Source: an uncultured Eubacterium sp.
GTDB taxonomy: Bacteria; Bacillota; Clostridia; Peptostreptococcales; Anaerovoracaceae
Assembly (NCBI GenBank): GCA_937966095.1
Contig: CALCKF010000101.1
Location: 4,190-68,189 of the forward strand
DNA: 64,000 nucleotides
Direction: 5' to 3'
Translations under genes and position numbers: made by a program
Shown: in pieces, positions 56,310 through 64,000 of the stretch
How the letters are laid out: each line of letters begins with the position of its first letter
How positions within the stretch are numbered: position 1 is the stretch's first letter
The notes under the pieces: model-generated
What the model was told of the DNA's origin: nothing
Seen by the model: only the letters and a program-made list of their open reading frames with translations
The model's database searches: none

Positions 56310-58269
56310 TAGTACCCTCCTCCGCTTCATCTCCAAGCGGTAATGTTAACATGAATACGGAGCCTTCTCCTTCTCTGCTTTCCACCTCTATTTTTCCGTT
56401 CAGTTTCTCTGTTTCGTTATAAACTATATAAAGCCCAAGCCCGTTTCCCTCATTACTGCCTTTAGTTGTAAAAAACGGATTAAATATTTCCTGAAGTATC
56501 TCTTTCTTTATACCTGTGCCGGTATCCTGGACATGTATCTCGAAGTTCTGCTTGTATTTTATCACTTTTATAGTCAGAATTCCATTATCATCCATTGCAT
56601 CGGTCGCATTTGATATCAGATTGATAAGTATCATGTCGAGGGATTCCGGTATCACAAATGCCTTTACGGTTTCATAACATTCTATACGAAGCTCTATATT
56701 CTTCTTTCTGAATATATTGTTGTTAAGTGAAGCAAGTGATCTGATATGCTCCTCTATATCTATCATTTTTCTCTGTTTTGACGATGCTCTGGAAAAATCA
56801 AGAAGCGTATTTATGATAGCTCCCGAATTGTCCACTGCCTTTTCTATATGATCTATGGCATTTTCTCTTGTTTTCTCATCATGGATGTTTTTAAGCACGT
56901 AACAGTAATTTCTTATTATCCCAAGCGGATTCCTTATTTCATGGGCAACACCTGCAGCAAGCTGCCCGACAGCAATCATTTTGTTATCCTGTATCATCTG
57001 TCTTTCGGCCATACGCTCACCGGTTATATCCTTTGCCATGAAAAGCAGCTTGTCTACCGTTCCCCTGGCATTCTCTATAGGAAATATGTCGGTTTCCAAT
57101 ATGCTCCTTTTTGATATGAGTTCTCTGCTTTCAGCTTTTTCTGACATACCTGAGTTCCGTATCATTTTAATAAGTGCTTCTCTGTTCTCATCATCCAGAT
57201 CCATGACCTCCCATATCCTTCTGTTGGATATATCGCAGTGTACAGCATCATAAAATGCTCTGTTTATATCTATTATACCTCCATCAAGATCCAGCTCCGC
57301 CATAAAATACCCCACACCGTTGAATGTGGTCTTGAGTTCTTTTTTGCTTTCTGCCAGCTTTTCCATTCTGTCATTAAGTTCTGCATATAAATTTTTATTT
57401 GCCTGATAATATATGAAAAAAACTATCATTACAGATGCTAATATTATAAATACCAGCATATAAAGATCTTCATAGCTGTCCTTCATATATACAGGGCCTG
57501 TACCATCAAGCCATTTCTGACTGTTCATATAGGACAGATAATGCCTGTCAGCCGAATATATACATTTATTCAGTATCCCATGCAATGCCGTATCATCCTT
57601 ATCTGTAAGAAGGCATACATTTTTATCGTATATCTCATCTTCAAGCGGTATATATCCTCCGTACTCTTCCAATGCATCCAGCAGAGCATATTTATCACCC
57701 AGTATAAACTGCAGGTTCTCCTTTACTGCTGTTTTCACAGCTTCCGATGCATTTTCTGCATGTCTGAATTCTATAGCTTCACCGTCATGATACACAGACT
57801 TTCCTTTTTCGATTCTGTTATCCATCATGACCCCCTGATCAGCTTTTACTTTTTCTTTACCATCATATATGAACAGAGCACCCTCTATCTGCAATACAGG
57901 TGAAGTATAGTTTATTTCGTCACTGTTTTCTCTTATATCATCAGTAATCACTGCAATACGACAGTCAGCATCCTCTTCTGTCTTGACGATACTTGTTTTC
58001 ATACCGGAAACAGACAGTATGTCATTCATATACTCCTGAAGAAATCCTTTTTTTCCTTTTCCGGTCAGATACCTCAGATCTTCGTCCACATATATTTTTA
58101 TCTCGCCATGTTTTTCAGCATATTCACTCTCCTTACTGTTGAGTTCCACCTTTGACTCTCCGATATCTTTTACGTTTATAATGCTATTCTCTATGCCATA
58201 GAAGCATATCACAGCAATAAAGATCACTATGACAGCAGGGAAGGAATATTTAACCATTCTTTTTTTCAT
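56272..58269 (-). CDS. Sensor histidine kinase (large extracytoplasmic domain, PAS, HisKA, HATPase)
   Basis: Two TM helices flank an approximately 240-aa ectodomain. H-box AAGVAHEIRNPLG, N-box LINLISNATDA and G-boxes DTGTGI / GNGLGL are present. Confidence 0.9.
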   Translation of the reverse strand: MKKRMVKYSFPAVIVIFIAVICFYGIENSIINVKDIGESKVELNSKESEYAEKHGEIKIYVDEDLRYLTGKGKKGFLQEYMNDILSVSGMKTSIVKTEEDADCRIAVITDDIRENSDEINYTSPVLQIEGALFIYDGKEKVKADQGVMMDNRIEKGKSVYHDGEAIEFRHAENASEAVKTAVKENLQFILGDKYALLDALEEYGGYIPLEDEIYDKNVCLLTDKDDTALHGILNKCIYSADRHYLSYMNSQKWLDGTGPVYMKDSYEDLYMLVFIILASVMIVFFIYYQANKNLYAELNDRMEKLAESKKELKTTFNGVGYFMAELDLDGGIIDINRAFYDAVHCDISNRRIWEVMDLDDENREALIKMIRNSGMSEKAESRELISKRSILETDIFPIENARGTVDKLLFMAKDITGERMAERQMIQDNKMIAVGQLAAGVAHEIRNPLGIIRNYCYVLKNIHDEKTRENAIDHIEKAVDNSGAIINTLLDFSRASSKQRKMIDIEEHIRSLASLNNNIFRKKNIELRIECYETVKAFVIPESLDMILINLISNATDAMDDNGILTIKVIKYKQNFEIHVQDTGTGIKKEILQEIFNPFFTTKGSNEGNGLGLYIVYNETEKLNGKIEVESREGEGSVFMLTLPLGDEAEEGTNDQGKSQDTCSR

Positions 58270-59710
58270 CTTTTCCTCCCTTTCTTGCGAATCTCTGACC
58301 GAATACCAGCAGTTCTCTTTCTTCTCCGCTTATATTCCTGTATCTTATTTTAGCTGATGCTGCCATAATGACACCTGCGATCAGCCACAATACGGTTATT
58401 ATATATTCCGGGCTAAGCGGAGAAATGCTTATATTGCTCTGAAGATATATCACAAAATATATAACTATGACTGACAATATGAACACACCTGATTTTATAC
58501 CTCCTCTCACGTGCAGAGGTCTTACAAGATCCGGCTCTTTTTTTCTGAGGACGATGAATGAAATAACAACAAAAACATAAGAAAAAAGCGCGCATAATGA
58601 ACTTGTGTCCACAAACCATACCAGAGCATTCATCCCCAGCATCGGAGAAAATACGCATATTCCTCCCACCAGGAGCGTAGCAGCCCATGGAGATTTGTAC
58701 TTTTTATTTACTTTCCCGAATACCCCGGGTATGACCCCGGCTCTTCCCATAGCGAATATCAGCCGTGTTGCACCTATAAAGAAGCCGTTCCATGATGTCA
58801 GTATGCCGAATATTCCGCCAACTATGACGACCGCGGAAAAAATACGTCCATTGAACAGATATGCCGCTATATCGGCCATAGGTATTATCCCCGAGTCTCT
58901 TATCTCCATCGGAGCCGCCATAGATACTCCTATTATAAGTATAAGATACCATACAAGGCTTACAATGATGCATACCAGCACCATCTTTCCTATATTGCGT
59001 GGTCCTATATTCATTTCTTCCGCTGACTGTGGTATTACATCGAAGCCTATGAGCATTGCAGGAACCATCAGAAGTACATAGGAAAATCCATCGATCGAAA
59101 CAAACAGCTCCCCTATGTTGTCACTGCTGCCAAAGGCTATGCCGCCAAAAAATATAAATAACACCAGTGTCATAAGTGCTGCTGTGGCAACAACCTGGAA
59201 CAGGACCGCAAATCTTATACCGAAAAAATTTATCACTGTTATGGCAAAAGCACCTGCCATACCGATGACCGTCCATGAAAGGTATACCTGATACCCTGCA
59301 ATTTCCCACAACGGGAAAATATCCGGAAGCGGCAGTATATAGTCTATTGCTGTTGCTAATGCTATACCTTCCCATGCTGCAACACCGATATAAGCCAGTG
59401 ACATTATCCATCCCACCATCCATGCCACATTGCTGCCGAGTGCTCTATAGACAAATACGAATTCACCGCCTGCCAGAGGCATCGCTGCTGTAAGCTCGCC
59501 ATAAGTCATGCCTACAGCAAGTATTATCATCCCTCCTGCAGCAAATGCCACAACGGCTCCAAGAAGGCCTGCTTCGTTTATCCAGGATGCTACCATCATT
59601 ATCCAGCTCCATCCTACCATCGTCCCGAAGCCTATAGCTATTATATCTATCCTTCCAAGTACTTTGCTGAGAGTATTTCTCTTTTCATTCATAATATATA
59701 CCCGTATCAA
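58250..59710 (-). CDS. APC-superfamily amino-acid permease
   Basis: About 12 TM helices. Paralogous to ORF 59802..61247 (shared GELTAAMPLAGGEFVF / AELTPALPLAGGELVF and GFDVIPQSAEEM / GFDVIPQAAEEM). Confidence 0.85.
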   Translation of the reverse strand: MIRVYIMNEKRNTLSKVLGRIDIIAIGFGTMVGWSWIMMVASWINEAGLLGAVVAFAAGGMIILAVGMTYGELTAAMPLAGGEFVFVYRALGSNVAWMVGWIMSLAYIGVAAWEGIALATAIDYILPLPDIFPLWEIAGYQVYLSWTVIGMAGAFAITVINFFGIRFAVLFQVVATAALMTLVLFIFFGGIAFGSSDNIGELFVSIDGFSYVLLMVPAMLIGFDVIPQSAEEMNIGPRNIGKMVLVCIIVSLVWYLILIIGVSMAAPMEIRDSGIIPMADIAAYLFNGRIFSAVVIVGGIFGILTSWNGFFIGATRLIFAMGRAGVIPGVFGKVNKKYKSPWAATLLVGGICVFSPMLGMNALVWFVDTSSLCALFSYVFVVISFIVLRKKEPDLVRPLHVRGGIKSGVFILSVIVIYFVIYLQSNISISPLSPEYIITVLWLIAGVIMAASAKIRYRNISGEERELLVFGQRFARKGGKDEKKNG

Positions 59711-59739
59711 ATATAATATATCTCATACATATTTTACAT

Positions 59740-59778
59740 AAAAAACAGCGGAGTGACCATAGACACTCCGCTGTTTTT
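59740..59778 (-). terminator. Intercistronic rho-independent terminator between the two permease genes
   Basis: ACAGCGGAGTG / CACTCCGCTGT 11-bp stem flanked by A6 and T5. On the minus strand the stem is followed by TTTTTT. Confidence 0.7.
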
Positions 59779-59801
59779 GAAAGATTTTATAAATAGGGCA
59801 C

Positions 59802-61247
59802 TTAAAATCTTCTGTAATCGGATCCGAACATCTGATATTCCAGTTCTTCCTTGCTTACTTTTCCGTTCTTGCCGACCTTGTTGGCAATGAACAGTATGAT
59901 GCCAAGCACTATCCATCCTCCTACCAGAGCCCATTCTATCGGTGCCAGAGGAGTAGGACTGAACAAAGGCAGATACAGCGAGCAGAAGAAAAGAGCTACG
60001 GCAACAGCTATGATACCAACAACTATACCGCCATTTACTCTGAAAGGTCTTTCCAGTTCAGGTTCCTTCTTTCTGAGGATCAGGAAGGACAGTGATACCA
60101 TCAGATAAGCTACTACTGTCCCGAATGCGGCAGCATTTACGAACCATCCAAGGGCACTCTTTCCAAGAAGAGGTGAAAGTATCGTTATTATACCTACCAG
60201 AAGGATTGCAGCTACCGGTGAACCGTATTTAGGATGCACCTTTGCAAAAACTTCAGGAAGCATATGCGCTCTTGCCATTGAGAAGATCACTCTGGATGCT
60301 CCGACTATAAACCCGTTCCATGAAGTCAATATACCGCACATTGCTGCAATTATCATGAGTTTACCGAATACCGGACTTCCAAGAGCATATGCAAAGCAGT
60401 TTGCTACGGGAACAGCATCAGGATCTGAATTATATCCGGCAAGAACATCTCCCGGCGTAGACATTGCAACACCAAGTATCATGATTATATACCATGTTGC
60501 GGCCATAACTATTGCAATGATCATAACTTTTCCTATCTTGCCGAGAGGTATCTTCATCTCCTCAGCAGCCTGCGGAATAACATCAAATCCTACAAACATC
60601 GCAGGTACAGCCAGTACAACGGCAACAAACCCCTTCCCATCAGTAAAGAGAGGTTCCAGATTGCTTATATCTCCGGTCACAGTTCCGCTCACAAAGAACG
60701 CTATGCCTCCGATAGCCATTGCAAGAGTCGCTGTTGTCTGAAATACTGCAGATGCTTTCGCACCTCTGTAATTTATAACAGTCATAACAACTGCACCTAC
60801 ACATCCTATAAGCAGAAATATACCTGTTACTTCAGATCCCTGCAGCTCATACAAAACCCCGAGTTCAGGCAGAAGTCCGCTAAACAAGAATCCAAGTGCA
60901 TTTGAAAGCGCAGGTCCTTCCCACGCTGCTACTCCAAGATATGCAAGAGTTATCATCCAACCGGTAAACCACGATGCATTATAACCCATTGCCCTGTAGG
61001 AGAATACCAATTCTCCTCCTGCAAGCGGCAGTGCAGGTGTAAGCTCCGCATAAGTAAGGCCTACAAAAACAGCCATGATGCCGCCCAGCAAAAATGCAAG
61101 TATTGCTCCCAGAGTACCGCCGTCTCCTACCCAGGAACCTGCCAGCATTATCCAGCCCCATCCTATCATCGTACCGAATGCAAGGGCCAGAACATCTTTC
61201 ATATTGAGAGATTTCTGAAGTTCCTGTCTTCCTCCATTACTACTCAT
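59802..61247 (-). CDS. APC-superfamily amino-acid permease
   Basis: 481 aa, about 12 TM helices. See the paralogue above. Confidence 0.85.
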   Translation of the reverse strand: MSSNGGRQELQKSLNMKDVLALAFGTMIGWGWIMLAGSWVGDGGTLGAILAFLLGGIMAVFVGLTYAELTPALPLAGGELVFSYRAMGYNASWFTGWMITLAYLGVAAWEGPALSNALGFLFSGLLPELGVLYELQGSEVTGIFLLIGCVGAVVMTVINYRGAKASAVFQTTATLAMAIGGIAFFVSGTVTGDISNLEPLFTDGKGFVAVVLAVPAMFVGFDVIPQAAEEMKIPLGKIGKVMIIAIVMAATWYIIMILGVAMSTPGDVLAGYNSDPDAVPVANCFAYALGSPVFGKLMIIAAMCGILTSWNGFIVGASRVIFSMARAHMLPEVFAKVHPKYGSPVAAILLVGIITILSPLLGKSALGWFVNAAAFGTVVAYLMVSLSFLILRKKEPELERPFRVNGGIVVGIIAVAVALFFCSLYLPLFSPTPLAPIEWALVGGWIVLGIILFIANKVGKNGKVSKEELEYQMFGSDYRRF

Positions 61248-61302
61248 AATCTTTCCTCCTGTAAATATATAATGATCATATGATTATTTCAAAAACATAG
61301 TT

Positions 61303-61318
61303 TGCAAGTTTCACGCCA
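61303..61318 (-). promoter_or_regulatory. Sigma-54 (-24/-12) promoter upstream of the permease genes
   Basis: The minus strand reads TGGCGTGAAACTTGCA with exact TGGC-N7-TTGCA spacing, about 55 nt upstream of the ATG at 61247. Confidence 0.7.
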
Positions 61319-61449
61319 TATATGCCATGTATACGGTATTTTCCTAAAATATTGCAGGAACCCCGTGCATATTGAAATCTCAATATTTTAAAAAGGATCC
61401 TTTTTTTCTCTTTCACTGATAGAAAAGAATATGAAAAAAAGATCTTAAG

Positions 61450-61493
61450 TCAGAAGAAAAAAATTTCCATGACCGGAAATTTTTTTCTTCTGA
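61450..61493. terminator. Long AT-rich perfect hairpin, probable terminator of the P-loop gene
   Basis: TCAGAAGAAAAAAATTTCC - ATGACC - GGAAATTTTTTTCTTCTGA (19-bp perfect stem), 42 nt downstream of the stop at 61535. Confidence 0.5.
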
Positions 61494-61534
61494 TTCGTAT
61501 ATATACTCTATATTATCAATTGTATTTTATTCAG

Positions 61535-62683
61535 TCATATTTCTTTTTCTACACTGCTTATTATCCTTCTTTTCAGAACTTCTATCTTTCCGAAATCCAT
61601 ATTGGAGATATAATAACTTTCCAGTACATCATGATTTTTCTTTGCCGACTTGAGGATCTCCACAGCTTTTGATATGTTTTCACGACTGGAGCTTTCAAGG
61701 TGACTCAATATCTTATCGGATATTTTATCATGCGGTTCGCCTTCATATAAATCAAGCTTTATTTCCATGGCTTTTCCTCTGATATTTTCTGGATCGGTAA
61801 AGTGATATTCATTAGCGCAGGTCACAGCCACACCGGCTTCCTGACACACTAAATGCTCGATTTTTTTATCAGGCATCATAGGACAATAATACTCTTCAAC
61901 ATCAAAGCCTGCATCTCTCAACCTCTGCGACACGGGACCCAAAAGTTTTTCTGTCCTGAATCCCTTCGGTACCTCCAGTATTATTACCTTATCGATATCT
62001 GAAACAATTGAATCTATGTGACTGATTATCCCTTCCGGTGTTATAGCGCTTGCAAAAAATCTTCTTACTTTTCCCGCAGCTTCATCCCTGCCCATGATCA
62101 TATCTTTTTTTACTCTGTTTTCGGCTCTTTTTAAAGCTGTTACGGAATCAAGCTTTATCCTTATCTGGTTTTGACATTCACGTATTTCTTCATATGTTAT
62201 ACGCTTATCAATTATCTCAGACATGAATGAATACTGCTGTCCCGCACATCTAAGATATCCATATGCATAATCAAAAAGAGTTTTTATCCTTTGATTGCAT
62301 TCCATTATCTCGTCTTTATTTTCCCGAATACCTTTTTCATCCCAATACTCTCCCATATTCACTATGACGTCTACCGCTCCGGGATTCTCCGGATCCACTA
62401 TATGCGGCGCTGTCCCATCTACTATGGCAATGCCTCTGTTTCTAAGCAGTATACCGTCAAGAGATGCCGGATCAGATGAACACCAAAGAAAATCCACTTT
62501 TTCGTTTCTGGCGGCAAAATATTCTCCGATGCGTTTCATCATCGTAGATTTGCCTGATCCCGGCCCTCCCTTTATACAGAAAATTTTTTTTGCTTCACTT
62601 TGAGGTAGAATATAGTTATAATAGGAATAGAACCCATAGGGGGTATTGCCTCCGGGATATATGTTTCTTGTTTTATTTTTCAT
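61535..62683 (-). CDS. Uncharacterised P-loop NTPase
   Basis: Walker A GGPGSGKST near the N-terminus and Walker B-like IAIVDGT. 382 aa, with no other domain I recognise. Confidence 0.55.
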   Translation of the reverse strand: MKNKTRNIYPGGNTPYGFYSYYNYILPQSEAKKIFCIKGGPGSGKSTMMKRIGEYFAARNEKVDFLWCSSDPASLDGILLRNRGIAIVDGTAPHIVDPENPGAVDVIVNMGEYWDEKGIRENKDEIMECNQRIKTLFDYAYGYLRCAGQQYSFMSEIIDKRITYEEIRECQNQIRIKLDSVTALKRAENRVKKDMIMGRDEAAGKVRRFFASAITPEGIISHIDSIVSDIDKVIILEVPKGFRTEKLLGPVSQRLRDAGFDVEEYYCPMMPDKKIEHLVCQEAGVAVTCANEYHFTDPENIRGKAMEIKLDLYEGEPHDKISDKILSHLESSSRENISKAVEILKSAKKNHDVLESYYISNMDFGKIEVLKRRIISSVEKEI

Positions 62684-62772
62684 AGATGACCTCCTTCTTA
62701 TTCAACATAATATGATTAAAGTCATCGCTGTTGTTAATATAAAGACCAAATATAAATGAGAGGAACGAAAAT

Positions 62773-63264
62773 ATGCACAAGACTAAAAAAACATCTCTGA
62801 TAATAACAGTATTTCTATTTCTCACATCTGCAGCATTTCTTGTATGTGGGATATATATGACAGTATACTCTGTCGGTTATGTACGTACATATATGGAAAC
62901 ATCCGCCATATCGCCTGACAATGCATTCAGGTATATACTGGAATCCTCTGCATTCTATTTCGGATTCGCGATACTTCTCTTTGCCTCCGCCATGATATTT
63001 CATTCTATTACCAGACCGACTTATGAAATCCATGCGTCTGCCGTATCCGAAGAAAAAAAAGACGATAATGATGATACAGATGCACATCCGGAGAACAATC
63101 CATACTACAGTTCTGTATCACGTATACCGGCTGATGACAGTTTTGAAGCTGCGCGCTCTGATAACGATAATGAAGATTCAAATACCAATGAAATTGATGA
63201 GACCGGAAAAAACGATCAGACGATATCTTCCGAAATGATAAAAAACATATTGGAGAAAAAATGA
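62773..63264 (+). CDS. Small membrane protein with an acidic C-terminal tail
   Basis: 163 aa with two to three TM helices, then a D/E/N-rich tail. GAGAGGAA RBS. Confidence 0.5.
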   Translation: MHKTKKTSLIITVFLFLTSAAFLVCGIYMTVYSVGYVRTYMETSAISPDNAFRYILESSAFYFGFAILLFASAMIFHSITRPTYEIHASAVSEEKKDDNDDTDAHPENNPYYSSVSRIPADDSFEAARSDNDNEDSNTNEIDETGKNDQTISSEMIKNILEKK

Positions 63265-63275
63265 TATAATATAAG

Positions 63276-63306
63276 AAAATTCCCCTTATATACTAAGGGG
63301 AATTTT
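63276..63306. terminator. Bidirectional terminator between convergent genes
   Basis: AAAATTCCCCTTA - TATAC - TAAGGGGAATTTT perfect 13-bp stem. Confidence 0.7.
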
Positions 63307-63342
63307 TATCAGTATTTACATAACAACGCTGTTCCAAGTGTT

Positions 63343-64000
63343 TTATCTATCAGTTGCAGACTCGTCACTCTTGTCTTCTTTGTCTGCATTTTCCTTTTCC
63401 GACATTACATCAGCAACATTCAGATTCTTTTCTTCATCGGGCTTTTCTGTTTCATGTTCTGTTTCTGTTTTTACTTTATTTTCATGCTGCTGTGTTGTAT
63501 GTTCTTCCGTCGTTTTTTCAGATGACGCTTCTTTTACAGACGACGCTGCATCTTGTATCGGCTGCTGATCCATATAAAGATGTACCGGTTCCGTTTCCTT
63601 TATCAGATGTCCTGCCAGTATTTCATAGAAACCCGAATAAGTAGAATACATATATGCTATAACCGGCACCATAAACAGATAACCGATTATGGATACGACT
63701 ATCTGAAGGAACATCGGAGCGTTAAATGCTGCAACTATACCCTCCAGTACTCCGGCAGGTATCACTGAAAGCAGCAGCCACCCTATAAAGGATATAGTGA
63801 GGCAGAAATATTTTGCCTTATTTCCTTTCATCATTCTCTTGCTCTCATCCATACACTCCCTTATCCCCTTGCTTGGATCATCAGCCAGTATGAAGAAAGC
63901 CTGGCTATACCTTATAGAAGCTATGATCCCCGGTACTATCAAAAGCAGTGCCCAGAGAAATATGAACAACATCTGGAACAGAAAAAGTCCCAAAGCTTTT
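63343..64000 (-). CDS. DUF975-like integral membrane protein, 5' end outside the window
   Basis: TM-rich with SQAFFILADDPSKGIRECMDESKRMMKGNKAKYFCLTISFIGWLLL (DUF975-type block) and a long acidic T/E/K tail. The frame is still open at 64000. Confidence 0.55.
   Translation of the reverse strand, partial: KALGLFLFQMLFIFLWALLLIVPGIIASIRYSQAFFILADDPSKGIRECMDESKRMMKGNKAKYFCLTISFIGWLLLSVIPAGVLEGIVAAFNAPMFLQIVVSIIGYLFMVPVIAYMYSTYSGFYEILAGHLIKETEPVHLYMDQQPIQDAASSVKEASSEKTTEEHTTQQHENKVKTETEHETEKPDEEKNLNVADVMSEKENADKEDKSDESATDR

Noticed and set aside
61450-61493. 19-bp perfect AT-rich inverted repeat as a MITE or mobile-element terminal repeat
   Set aside because: It is a single copy in the window with no flanking direct repeats or transposase. 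Its position 42 nt after a stop codon, with T-tracts, fits a terminator.
1-64000. CRISPR arrays, IS elements, prophage or integrase genes, rRNA operons
   Set aside because: I looked through all intergenic gaps over 100 nt and all ORFs over 60 aa. I found no direct-repeat/spacer array and no transposase, integrase or recombinase motifs. The only stable RNAs found are tRNA-Leu and rnpB.

Overview
Chromosomal window from an AT-rich, spore-forming Firmicute (Clostridia-like: spo0A, spoIVB and a dnaG-rpoD operon are present). About 90% of it is coding, mostly on the minus strand. There are four blocks. (1) 1-16.8 kb is a co-directional type VIIb secretion (T7SSb) locus with a non-canonical gene set. 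EssC, a YukD/EsaB ubiquitin-like protein, two small helical Lap-like partners and the N-terminus of an LXG toxin are recognisable. I could not find EssA, EssB, EsaA or a WXG100 gene. In their place are two paralogous FHA proteins, a TadZ/CpaE-like ATPase, an intact Hanks Ser/Thr kinase with a PP2C phosphatase, and a 1467-aa Ig-repeat membrane protein. This is my main candidate for an undescribed system. (2) 17-19.8 kb holds a LytTR response regulator flanked by two complementary, individually incomplete AgrC-type kinase genes. (3) 20-38.2 kb is an approximately 18 kb, very AT-rich, single-strand wall-glycopolymer locus. It encodes LCP ligase, UDP-GlcNAc 2-epimerase, UDP-ManNAc dehydrogenase, a TagA-like transferase, a TagGH-like ABC exporter and giant methyltransferase/glycosyltransferase fusions. 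It also carries an embedded TIR-cupin fusion protein and a catalytically dead ABC ATPase paralogue. A divergent XRE regulator with palindromic operators and tRNA-Leu(CAG) bound it. (4) 39-64 kb is housekeeping and sporulation DNA. It contains a sigma-54 activator with a divergent -24/-12 promoter and aminotransferase, RNase P RNA, nif3-trmK-rpoD-dnaG, dgt, a degenerate catalase-like gene, dut and an M16 peptidase. It also contains a 34-Cys orphan protein, spo0A with 0A boxes, spoIVB, and a second sigma-54 module (NtrC-type two-component system with two APC permeases). I saw no CRISPR array, transposase, integrase or rRNA. All calls come from reading the translations and motifs by eye; no database search was run.
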